DNA of 40,695 nt from the sequence record SRR20825019_1894; one strand, given 5' to 3'. Positions 16,712 to 25,301 of the stretch are shown here, one piece after another; the stretch's first letter is position 1, and each line of letters opens with the position of its first letter. The translations under genes and the position numbers were made by a program. Below the pieces are notes generated by a model. The model was not told where the DNA came from. It made no database searches and was given only the letters and a program-made list of their open reading frames with translations.

Positions 16712-18760
16712 TCAGTTCTCGTCAGCAAGGAACCATTGCTGCGGACGATAGGGATAGGTCCGGTAATATTCGTAGGACCAGGTCTTGAACTCCGGGAAGT
16801 TCTTCAGCGCGTTCCGGTGATAGATCGGATTCGGCGCCTGCACCGTACCGAGGAAGAGCAGGTTCTCGGTCATGTTCTGGACAAGACGCTGTCCGATCTC
16901 AGCGGATTCCTTCGTGCCCACCGGAGCTGACTGGAAGGCATCGATGTCCGCCAGCATCTGATCGACATATGCCGGCGGCTTGACGCCCTTGGCGCCCTTG
17001 CTGTCGACATATTCAGCCCAGAGCATGCCCGTGCGCCCGCCGAAATAATTCTCGAACGGCGGCTGGAACAACTCGGAATTGCCGAGCACGATGGCGAGCG
17101 GCTGACCCTTCTGCCACATCATCACGTCGAGCTGGTTGGAAGACTGAGCCGAACGATATTCGTCCGGGGTCACTTCCTTCACCGTCGCCTTGACGCCGAC
17201 ATTGGTCCAGTGCTGGGCCACCAGCTCTGCGACCTGACCGGGCATGCCCTGCGTCGCGAACTGCAGGTTCAGCACCAGCGAAGCACCACTCGGCAGGTCC
17301 CGGGCACCGTCGCCATCCTTGTCGACCACACCGATCTCGTCCAGCAGCTTCTTGGCCAGGTCGGGATCAAACTGGGCGTAATGCTTTTCCCATTTCGGAT
17401 CGATGAAATCCGGAGTTGGCGAGAAAGCCACGTACTGCTTCGGCTGACCGAGATCGAAGAAGGCAACCTCATTGATCTCTTCCCGGTTCATCGCCACCGA
17501 CATGGCCTGACGGAACTTCAGGTCGCCAAAGACCTTGCGTTTTTCCTCATCTAACGAGGTGACGTTGAAGGAAAAGGTCGGCATGGCGATGGTCGGCTTC
17601 AGGTCGACCGTGTAGCCGCCCTTTTCCTGGTTCTCCAGCATGATCGGCGCCGACGGAAGCTGCATGGACTGCGACTTGTAGTCGATCTCGCCGTTCACCG
17701 CTTTCAGGATGCGCACCTCGTTCTCGTTGATGTGCACTTCGTCGATTTCGCTGATGTAGGGAAGCTGGTTCCCCGCCGTGTCGACCATGTGGAAATACGG
17801 GTTCGCCACCAGGTGACGGCCCTCGGTAGATTCAGCCACGACGATGTGGGATTCCAGCGTCGGGTAAACGCCCTTCGGCATTTTCGGCGCTTTCTCCGGG
17901 TCCGACAGCATGATCGACGGCGTGTCGGTCCAGTCCGAATTGCCGTAATAAGCGGAAATCACCGCATAGCCGCTCTCGAAACCGAGCTCCTTCGCCTTCG
18001 CGTCCGCATCCGGATTGTATTTCGGATGGAATGTGCCCAGGAAATGCTTCGGCATGAAGGGCTGGGAATAATGCGTCGCGAAGTGGGCGAGCAGACCCGG
18101 CTTCGGTGCCGGCAGGTTGAACACCACGGTCTGCGGATCGGGCGTTTCCACCGTCATCCGCTCGCCGGCGACCAGTACGTAATCCTTCGGGCTTTTGATG
18201 ATGTTCTCGTCGAACACCATGTCGTCGTACCAGAACTTGATGTCCTCGGAAGTGAATGGTGCACCGTCGGACCATTTGTGGCCCTTGCGAAGCGTCATGG
18301 TCAGCTTCGTGAAGTCGCTGTTCCATTCCCAGCTCTTGGCTACATTCGGCACGATTGTCGCCAGATCGTCGCTGTAGCGCACCAGACTGACATGCCGGAC
18401 GGACAGCAGATCGGATGTACCGGCTTCAGGCGCGTTCGACAGACCGTCGAGAACGCCGCCATAGGTGCCGATCTCGGCATACGGCACGACCACCAGCGGC
18501 TCTGACGGAAGGCGCTCGGCCAGCGCGGGAAGCGCGCCGTTGCCCTGGATCCTGCCATTCAGATCGGCCGATTTCGGGTTCCCGGTAAAAGCCAGCTTGC
18601 AACCGGCTGCGGATTCGAATTCGGCCAGTTCATATTGTTGCGGAAAGGCCCCCGCCTTCACGCCCTTCATGTCGGCCACGGTCATTGGCGGGCAATCGGC
18701 TGCCGCTGTACCGGCAAAAGCGCAAAGCGCCAAACCAGCAAACAAAACTCTCTTACTCAT
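16712..18760 (-). CDS. Family-5 ABC transporter substrate-binding protein
   Basis: Signal peptide (AAA-D), LPALAERLP..PLVV, LRKGHKWSDGAPFTSEDI, NQLPYI and FRQAMSVAMNR. GGGGGA RBS precedes ATG 18760. Confidence 0.92.
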   Translation of the reverse strand: MSKRVLFAGLALCAFAGTAAADCPPMTVADMKGVKAGAFPQQYELAEFESAAGCKLAFTGNPKSADLNGRIQGNGALPALAERLPSEPLVVVPYAEIGTYGGVLDGLSNAPEAGTSDLLSVRHVSLVRYSDDLATIVPNVAKSWEWNSDFTKLTMTLRKGHKWSDGAPFTSEDIKFWYDDMVFDENIIKSPKDYVLVAGERMTVETPDPQTVVFNLPAPKPGLLAHFATHYSQPFMPKHFLGTFHPKYNPDADAKAKELGFESGYAVISAYYGNSDWTDTPSIMLSDPEKAPKMPKGVYPTLESHIVVAESTEGRHLVANPYFHMVDTAGNQLPYISEIDEVHINENEVRILKAVNGEIDYKSQSMQLPSAPIMLENQEKGGYTVDLKPTIAMPTFSFNVTSLDEEKRKVFGDLKFRQAMSVAMNREEINEVAFFDLGQPKQYVAFSPTPDFIDPKWEKHYAQFDPDLAKKLLDEIGVVDKDGDGARDLPSGASLVLNLQFATQGMPGQVAELVAQHWTNVGVKATVKEVTPDEYRSAQSSNQLDVMMWQKGQPLAIVLGNSELFQPPFENYFGGRTGMLWAEYVDSKGAKGVKPPAYVDQMLADIDAFQSAPVGTKESAEIGQRLVQNMTENLLFLGTVQAPNPIYHRNALKNFPEFKTWSYEYYRTYPYRPQQWFLADEN

Positions 18761-18865
18761 GAAGTCCCCCTGTTTTTTTGTTGAAGACCCTCCACCCAAG
18801 GATCTCCGTTACACGATACAAACCCTCCGTTTATTCATACCGCATTGCAATATGATGACGGTTTG

Positions 18866-18879
18866 TGAAATCGATTACC
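18866..18879. promoter_or_regulatory. LacI/GalR-family operator-like site
   Basis: TGAAATCGATTACC matches TGWAANCGNTTWCA except for the last base, about 105 bp upstream of the SBP gene. Confidence 0.55.
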
Positions 18880-18991
18880 AGCATCATTTGTTGCCGATAC
18901 AGAGACTCCACACGCCCATAGGTAAGCTTTTGATGTAATTAGGGGAATTTTCAATGTGCGGTGCAACATTGAAAATTTTTCACGACATAAT

Positions 18992-19024
18992 AAAAGCCCC
19001 GCGCCGGAAACCGGCGCGGGGCTC
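18992..19024 (-). terminator. Rho-independent terminator of bfr
   Basis: Minus strand AGCCCCGCGCCGG-TTT-CCGGCGCGGGGCT followed by TTTATTAT. Confidence 0.88.
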
Positions 19025-19078
19025 ATCAAGCGGATAACACCGCCCAATATTCATCTTTTTACAGAGTCGCGGATTCGG

Positions 19079-19564
19079 CTATTCGCCGCCCTCACCCGAC
19101 ACAGACATGTGTTTGGCGATATAGGCAGGCTCTCCCATACGGGAAATCAGGTTGAGCTGCAGGTCGAGCCAGGACATGTGCCCCTCCTCTTCCAGGGCGA
19201 TCTTCTCGAACAGAACGCGGGAGCCGATATCGCCTTCCTCCGCAGCGTCGCGGGCAGCTTCGGTGTAGAACTTGATCGCGCCCTTCTCATCGTCAAGGTC
19301 GGCCTGGAACATGTCATTCAGCGATTGGGCCCGCATCGGCGCCTTGTCGAAGCGGAGTTCCGGCTCGCCGTCCAGGAACAGGATGCGTTCAATGAAGGCA
19401 TCGGAATGCCCCAGTTCCTCCTGCATCTCCTCGCGCATCTGGGAAGCCAGACGGTCGATGCCCCAATCGTCGAGAACATGCGAATGAAGCTGATACTGGT
19501 GCGCGGCCGTCAACTCCATGCTGAGGGCTTTCTGCAGATTCTTCAGGGTTTTCTTGTTAGCCAT
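19079..19564 (-). CDS. bfr: Bacterioferritin-like protein lacking the haem-ligand Met
   Basis: ELTAAHQYQLH...WG...EELGH..FIERILFLDG...DE...EEEGH. GGAGA RBS-like sequence precedes ATG 19564. Confidence 0.9.
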   Translation of the reverse strand: MANKKTLKNLQKALSMELTAAHQYQLHSHVLDDWGIDRLASQMREEMQEELGHSDAFIERILFLDGEPELRFDKAPMRAQSLNDMFQADLDDEKGAIKFYTEAARDAAEEGDIGSRVLFEKIALEEEGHMSWLDLQLNLISRMGEPAYIAKHMSVSGEGGE

Positions 19565-19610
19565 CTCGGCACCTGTCTCCGTTTTCCTACGATTAAGTCT
19601 CTGGAGGTTC

Positions 19611-19635
19611 AATGCGCCGGAACGGAATTTGTTCC
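19611..19635 (-). promoter_or_regulatory. EcfG/RpoE2-type general-stress sigma promoter upstream of bfr
   Basis: Minus strand GGAAC-N16-CATT, against the consensus GGAAC-N16/17-CGTT. Confidence 0.6.
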
Positions 19636-19864
19636 AGGCAGAAAACCTGCTGAGCATCACATGGTCAGAGGCAGGCACCGCAACCATAGGTCATATTGTC
19701 GCTGGCACGCTCATACCCTGCCAAGCCTACCGGGATCGCCTTCCCGCACCGGCGAGGTAGCCGCTCAAACGCACTAGCAAATTATTGCACATTCATGACA
19801 GCATATGCGCCATGCTGGGGCAGGCCTGCCCTCGTCCCGGCCACGGGTAACGAAAGGGTCAGAC

Positions 19865-20731
19865 ATGCACTATCTCCTCAAAACCACCGCACTTGCCGGC
19901 CTCACCGCCATCGCCCTCAACTTCGGCGCGGCCGGTGCCGCGAATGCGGAAGACATCAAGGCCAATGACGGGCTGAATGCCACCTATTGGGTGCAGAACG
20001 CCGTCGAGTACAAAGCCAATGCCTACGCACTGTACCAGCTCGCCATGCTGCGCCTCGACCAGGCGCTTGCCGACAAAAGCTGGACCGCAGCGCTGGAACA
20101 GACCGGCGATTATCAGTCCAAGCCTCCAGCCGTGATCCTCGATATCGACGAGACCGTGCTCGACAACTCGGCCTATCAGGCCTGGGTCGTCGAGAAGGAC
20201 AAGTACTACAGTTCGAAAACCTGGACCCCGTTCGTGGAAAGCCAAACATCCCGCGCCATTCCCGGCTCTCTCGAATTCACCAAATACGCCAAGTCGAAAG
20301 GCGTGAAGGTGATCTATGTCACCAACCGTAAAGCCCATGAGGAAGACGCCACACGGGCCAATCTGAAGAAGTTCGGCTACCCCGTCGACGAGGACACCGA
20401 CGTGGTTCTGGTGCGCGGAGAGAAAGAGGAATGGAAGTCCTCCAACAAGACCCCGCGCCGCGAAACTGTGACCGCGACGTACCGCGTGCTTTTGCAACTC
20501 GGCGACAATCTCGGTGACTTCACGGATGAGACTGTAAAGGGCTCGCCGTCAGAACGCCTGGCAACCTACGAAAAGCATCAAGCAATGTGGGGCAAGCAGT
20601 GGATCATGTTCGCCAACCCTACCTACGGGTCCTGGGAAGGCGCCGCGATCAACAACAACTGGAAAGCCTCCGGCTCCGAGAAACGCGCCATGAAGCATGC
20701 CATCATGGATGAGTGGGAAGGCCCGAAGTAA
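19865..20731 (+). CDS. Class C acid phosphatase / 5'-nucleotidase, e(P4) family (HAD IIIB), exported
   Basis: DIDETVLDNS, YVTNR, GDNLGDF and ANPTYGSWE, with an N-terminal signal peptide. Confidence 0.92.
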   Translation: MHYLLKTTALAGLTAIALNFGAAGAANAEDIKANDGLNATYWVQNAVEYKANAYALYQLAMLRLDQALADKSWTAALEQTGDYQSKPPAVILDIDETVLDNSAYQAWVVEKDKYYSSKTWTPFVESQTSRAIPGSLEFTKYAKSKGVKVIYVTNRKAHEEDATRANLKKFGYPVDEDTDVVLVRGEKEEWKSSNKTPRRETVTATYRVLLQLGDNLGDFTDETVKGSPSERLATYEKHQAMWGKQWIMFANPTYGSWEGAAINNNWKASGSEKRAMKHAIMDEWEGPK

Positions 20732-20775
20732 TCCCCCGAAGAAATCTCCAAGATCACCTTGGAAACTCTGTTGCG

Positions 20776-20803
20776 GCAGCCCGGCTTTGTCCGGGCTGCT
20801 TTC
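20776..20803 (+). terminator. Intrinsic terminator between the convergent phosphatase and kinase genes
   Basis: GCAGCCCGG-CTTTGT-CCGGGCTGC followed by TTTC. Confidence 0.7.
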
Positions 20804-20862
20804 GTATCTGCCTCTAGCGTTTCTGCCGTGGATGTTTACTGCTGACCAAGCAGGAAACCAAA

Positions 20863-22329
20863 TCAACCCCCATCGGCATCCTGCAGGGTTTTCTCCTGTG
20901 CGGCGGCAATACGATCTGGCGGAAAATGAACCGTGACCGTGGTTCCTTCGGAGAGCCGGCTCTCAATCTTCACCGCAGCGCCATGCAGTTCGGCAAACCT
21001 CCCTGTCAAGGGCAGCCCCAGCCCGGTGCCCTCATGCGTCACCGCACTGTTACTGCGCAACTGGCCGAAAGGCTGCATGACCATGTCGATATGCTCGGGG
21101 GCGATGCCGACGCCAGTGTCACGCACGCCAAGATCAAGTCCGCCATCAGGTGCAACAGAAGCGAACACCACGATCCTGCCTTGTTCTCCGGTAAACTTCA
21201 CGGCATTGGACAGGATATTGATCAGTATCTGAAGAACCAGCCGCTCATCACCGATCAAAACCGGAAGAGCCTCGTCCGCGTCGATACTGACTGTTTGCTG
21301 TTTCTCCTGGCTGCGCTGCCGGATAAGGGTCACCGCCCGTTCAATGACACCGATCAGTTGAATGCGTGTCTCATGCAGCTCGATCTCACCGGCTTCGATT
21401 TTCGCGAGATCCAGAATGTCATTGATAACATTCAGCAGGTGCAGACTGGCACTGTGAATAGCCGAGGCATATTCCGTCGTTTTCTCTTCCGAGACCAGAC
21501 GCTTGTCTCCGCTCTTCACAATTTCGGAGAAGCCGAGAATGGCATTGAGCGGAGTGCGCAGCTCATGGCTCATGAGTGCCAGGAATTCCGTCTTGGCCCG
21601 GTCAGCCGCCTCGGCCGCCGCCTGGGTCTTGCGCAGCAGCTTCAGCTCTTCGTTCCGAAGCTCGACCATATGCTCCAGATCGTGTTCACGCGCTTCAATG
21701 AGCCTGAACAGAGAGCGTTGCCGCAGGAAAAAGAACCCGACGATCAAAAGGACCGCAATGGCAAGCACGGCCGAGAATTGATAGGCGATGAGAGCCCGTC
21801 TTTCATTCGTCTGGAAGCGCACGAAATCCTGTTGGAAAGACAGCCATATATCCTGCTCTATATGCTCCGCATCGCGATGAATGCGGACCATATTCTCATG
21901 GAACTCGTCAACCAGCGCCGAAGCTTCTTCAATGCTCCGGACCGTTTCACTGATTTCGACGTTGCGGCGAAGAAACGGCACGAGGCCGCCGGCCAGCGTC
22001 TGGTCATCAGAGAGCGCGCTTGAGGCAAAGCCGATTGCCGCCTTGCTGTAGTTAGCCGCCTCTACAAGCTGGTCCTTCTCACCGGTATGGAGGTAGCCGA
22101 GAAAGGCCTGATAGCCCCGGCTGGCTAGCGTGGAGACCTTGAAAACATGGCGCATGGAGTCCGTTTTCAGCATCGTCTCGTCGGATTCAGCAATCCTCGC
22201 AGGGACCCGGCCGAATTCCCGATCGAAATACAGCCCGGCCGCGATGGCCAGGAGCAGCACGATCATTGCAATCACAATGTAGCGGTAGGAGGTCACTCGA
22301 AACTGATCTCCTGAATCATCCAGAGCCAT
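20863..22329 (-). CDS. Membrane sensor histidine kinase (2 TM, periplasmic helical domain, HisKA-HATPase)
   Basis: MSHELRTPLNAILGFSE, NILSNAVKFT, DTGVGI and GTGLGL. Confidence 0.95.
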   Translation of the reverse strand: MALDDSGDQFRVTSYRYIVIAMIVLLLAIAAGLYFDREFGRVPARIAESDETMLKTDSMRHVFKVSTLASRGYQAFLGYLHTGEKDQLVEAANYSKAAIGFASSALSDDQTLAGGLVPFLRRNVEISETVRSIEEASALVDEFHENMVRIHRDAEHIEQDIWLSFQQDFVRFQTNERRALIAYQFSAVLAIAVLLIVGFFFLRQRSLFRLIEAREHDLEHMVELRNEELKLLRKTQAAAEAADRAKTEFLALMSHELRTPLNAILGFSEIVKSGDKRLVSEEKTTEYASAIHSASLHLLNVINDILDLAKIEAGEIELHETRIQLIGVIERAVTLIRQRSQEKQQTVSIDADEALPVLIGDERLVLQILINILSNAVKFTGEQGRIVVFASVAPDGGLDLGVRDTGVGIAPEHIDMVMQPFGQLRSNSAVTHEGTGLGLPLTGRFAELHGAAVKIESRLSEGTTVTVHFPPDRIAAAQEKTLQDADGG

Positions 22330-22832
22330 TTCGGAAGTTTCGCACGGTGGACCTCCTCATCCGGGCTGAAATCCGCAAAAACAATCCGGGCGGGCCCTTT
22401 TTGCTCCAGCCCGAAACGCTCTCCGCGCAGCCTTGTGACCAGCAGGATCCTGAATTCTTGCCATTCGGCTTTATCAAAAGTGATCCGGTAATCATCAATT
22501 GCGATAACCTTGACCGAGGTCACCGATGGGGCGCCATATTTGGCGACAAACTGGTCAAGCATAACCCCTGAATACCGCACCCGAAGCTTTTCGTATGGAT
22601 TATAGACCTTCTCTTCGGCAGCGCCGATCCGGTCAATCTCATCGAGGGTGACATCATGCTCGGTGCCGAGAGCCGTTTTCCCCGTCAACCGGATGGTTTC
22701 CGCCACGGCATCACCGGTCCAGGAGGTGAACATGATGCATGCCACAAGGGCCGTGGCATAGCCGCGCCGGGACAGCAGGTCACACCGGAAAGCGGATGCA
22801 AATGCGGAAAAGAGATAAAAGATTCCAGACAT
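22293..22832 (-). CDS. Small exported molybdopterin-oxidoreductase-fold protein (PruR-like)
   Basis: Signal peptide (AVA-E), YSGVML, AIDDY, KGPARIVF and WLWMIQEI. The mature part has no Cys. It overlaps the kinase start. Confidence 0.75.
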   Translation of the reverse strand: MSGIFYLFSAFASAFRCDLLSRRGYATALVACIMFTSWTGDAVAETIRLTGKTALGTEHDVTLDEIDRIGAAEEKVYNPYEKLRVRYSGVMLDQFVAKYGAPSVTSVKVIAIDDYRITFDKAEWQEFRILLVTRLRGERFGLEQKGPARIVFADFSPDEEVHRAKLPKWLWMIQEISFE

Positions 22833-23007
22833 TCTCCGCCCCCCAGACTGAACACTCTATTTGATCGAATTGCCGGAGAAGGACGCTCCGGAACCAGAAG
22901 ATCAACCTATAAGACACACTTCGTTAACCAATCCTGAACAAATAGCGCCATTTCTGGCCGCAAGAACGGCCAGAAACAATGATTCCTTCAAACATTCACA
23001 CTTACAA

Positions 23008-23029
23008 ATAGGATTGTTGACAATCCTAT
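23008..23029. promoter_or_regulatory. Perfect palindromic operator overlapping a TTGACA -35 box
   Basis: ATAGGATTGT-TG-ACAATCCTAT, with TTGACA at 23017-23022, upstream of the HAD-GntR operon. Confidence 0.8.
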
Positions 23030-23078
23030 CACCTGACATAAATACTCGCGATAAATATCCTGCACAACCGGACCAGCC

Positions 23079-23750
23079 ATGCGCCCTTCACAGATCAAAT
23101 TTATCTCTTTCGACTGTTACGGAACCCTGACCAATTTCCGTGTCGGCGAATTGACAAGGCAGCGGCTGGCCGATCTCGTCGAGCCTGCTTCAATGACCCG
23201 TTTCCTGGAAGATTTTACGGCCTACCGGTTTGATGAAGTGCTTGGGGACTGGAAACCCTACGCGGACGTTCTTCATCGGGCGCTGGAGCGCAGCTGCCGA
23301 CGCTGGAATGTTACCTTCAGGCCAGAGGATGCGAATGCCATCGTTGAGGCGGTCCCAACCTGGGGTCCGCATGCCGACGTCCCGGCGCCGCTGGCCCGCA
23401 TCGCGCAAGAGATCCCGCTGGTCATTCTCTCCAACGCCGCCGACAGCCAGATCCAGTCCAATGTCGATCTGCTTGGCGCACCCTTTCACGCAGTCCTGAC
23501 GGCTGAGCAGGCCCAAGCTTACAAACCGCGCCTGCGTGCCTTCGAATACATGTTCGACACACTGGGCTGCGGGCCGGAGCATATGATGCATGTCTCCTCC
23601 AGCCTGCGGTACGACCTGATGTCCGCCAGCGACCTGCGGATCGGCCATCGCGTCTTCGTCGAACGGGGGCATGGCCCCGGCAATCCCGAATATGGATACC
23701 AGGCAATTCCCGATATCGGCGGCCTGCCCGGCCTGCTTGGAATTGCGTAA
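23079..23750 (+). CDS. HAD-superfamily hydrolase (haloacid dehalogenase type II-like)
   Basis: SFDCYGTL, LSNA, AYKP and HVSSSLRYD. Confidence 0.9.
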   Translation: MRPSQIKFISFDCYGTLTNFRVGELTRQRLADLVEPASMTRFLEDFTAYRFDEVLGDWKPYADVLHRALERSCRRWNVTFRPEDANAIVEAVPTWGPHADVPAPLARIAQEIPLVILSNAADSQIQSNVDLLGAPFHAVLTAEQAQAYKPRLRAFEYMFDTLGCGPEHMMHVSSSLRYDLMSASDLRIGHRVFVERGHGPGNPEYGYQAIPDIGGLPGLLGIA

Positions 23751-23763
23751 GGAGGCACACGCC

Positions 23764-24435
23764 ATGGCCGCTCCGACCCCCATCGAAAGGATTACCCTGC
23801 CGGTCCAGATCGCGGACCGGCTGAGATCCGACATTCTTGCCGGTATTTATCCGGGCGGGGCACAATTGCTGGAAGCCGAGCTTGCTCTCACATTCGGTGT
23901 CAGCCGCGGGCCATTACGGGAAGCCATGCAGAGGCTGGTGCAGGAAGGCCTGTTGCGCAGCGCCCCGCACCGAGGAGTGTTCGTCGCCGAGGTTGACGAA
24001 GAAGATTTGCTGGACGTGTTTTTCGTCCGTGAAGCGCTTGAGATGGCTGCCGTCCGGAAGATCTGTTCGGAAGGCAGGCAACGCCCTGTTGCCGATGCCC
24101 TGACGGCAATCGCGGAACGCATGGACCAGGCCCTCAAGAGCGGCAACATAACGGCTGGCGGCGATCTCGATTTCGACTTCCACCGCACGCTGGTCGATGC
24201 CGCGAAAAGCGACCGGCTGTCCCGTACATATGCCACGGTCCAGGCGGAAACCCGGCTTTGCCTGCACCGCCTTATGGGCGGCTATCGCAGCAGCAAGGAC
24301 CTTGCCGAAGAGCATTTCAGGCTGGCGGAGACGTTCCGCTCACAAGACATCGACGCCATTCTGTCCGAACTGAAAAAACATTTCGGCGATCCGGCCCGTC
24401 ATCTCCGGAAAGCCAGCGAAACCGACTTCATCTGA
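23764..24435 (+). CDS. GntR-family (FadR/FCD) transcriptional regulator
   Basis: wHTH motif EAELALTFGVSRGPLREA...PHRG and FCD region DFDFH...EEH. AGGAGG RBS precedes ATG 23764. Confidence 0.93.
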   Translation: MAAPTPIERITLPVQIADRLRSDILAGIYPGGAQLLEAELALTFGVSRGPLREAMQRLVQEGLLRSAPHRGVFVAEVDEEDLLDVFFVREALEMAAVRKICSEGRQRPVADALTAIAERMDQALKSGNITAGGDLDFDFHRTLVDAAKSDRLSRTYATVQAETRLCLHRLMGGYRSSKDLAEEHFRLAETFRSQDIDAILSELKKHFGDPARHLRKASETDFI

Positions 24436-24456
24436 GCCTCCACAGAAGCAAGCACC

Positions 24457-25284
24457 ATGTCCCTGACCTTCTCCTCCGTCACGTCCGGCGATCTCGAAAG
24501 CATCGCCGCCTTGGTCCAGGTCGTCTCATGGCCGCACCGTCCGGCTGACATTGAGATAATGATCCAGCTTGGAGGCGGCCGCCTGGTGCGCAACGCCAGC
24601 GACGGCCAGGTACTTGGTGCCGGGCTCTTCTGGACTTTCGGGGACGCGTTGGCCCGCATTGGGCTTATCATCATCACGCCAGAAAGCCAGGGACGCGGTA
24701 TTGGCCGGAAACTGGTCACTCAGCTGCTTGAAAACGCCGCCCCATACCCGGTCGTGCTGCTGGCGACGGATGCCGGCCGGCCACTATACGAATCCCTCGG
24801 TTTCACAGCCTTCGATACCTCCTGTCAGTATCAGGGGAATTACGACGAGCGGCCCGTCATCGATCCGCGCATCCGGCCGGGCGTAAAAGCCGACCTCGCG
24901 CGCATAACAGATCTCGACGCGCCCGCCTTCGGAGCCCGGCGCGAACAGGCACTGATGACACTCGCCACCGCCGGAGAAGTTTCTGTGCTGAGCGAGAACG
25001 GAACACTGACCGGATACGCGATGGCGCGTTCCTTCGGACGGGGAACTGTCATCGGCCCGATCGTGGCGGCGAACGAAGCCGATGCCATTGCGTTGTTCCG
25101 CTCCCTCGCCCGCCCGGGTTTTGTCCGCGTCGACTGCCCCGGCGATGCAGAGACGCTGATCGGACACATGACGAACGGCGGGCTTGCGAATACCGGCACA
25201 TCCCCGGTCATGGTCCGCGGTGACTGGACAGGACCAACAGGACCAAACCGCATTTACGGCCTCGCCAGCCACGCACTCGGCTGA
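24457..25284 (+). CDS. GNAT-family N-acetyltransferase (two-domain, YitH-like)
   Basis: Acetyl-CoA motif PESQGRGIG, ATDAGRPLYESLGF and second-domain IGPIVA. Confidence 0.88.
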   Translation: MSLTFSSVTSGDLESIAALVQVVSWPHRPADIEIMIQLGGGRLVRNASDGQVLGAGLFWTFGDALARIGLIIITPESQGRGIGRKLVTQLLENAAPYPVVLLATDAGRPLYESLGFTAFDTSCQYQGNYDERPVIDPRIRPGVKADLARITDLDAPAFGARREQALMTLATAGEVSVLSENGTLTGYAMARSFGRGTVIGPIVAANEADAIALFRSLARPGFVRVDCPGDAETLIGHMTNGGLANTGTSPVMVRGDWTGPTGPNRIYGLASHALG

Positions 25285-25301
25285 CAGACAGGAGAGTTCG
25301 G

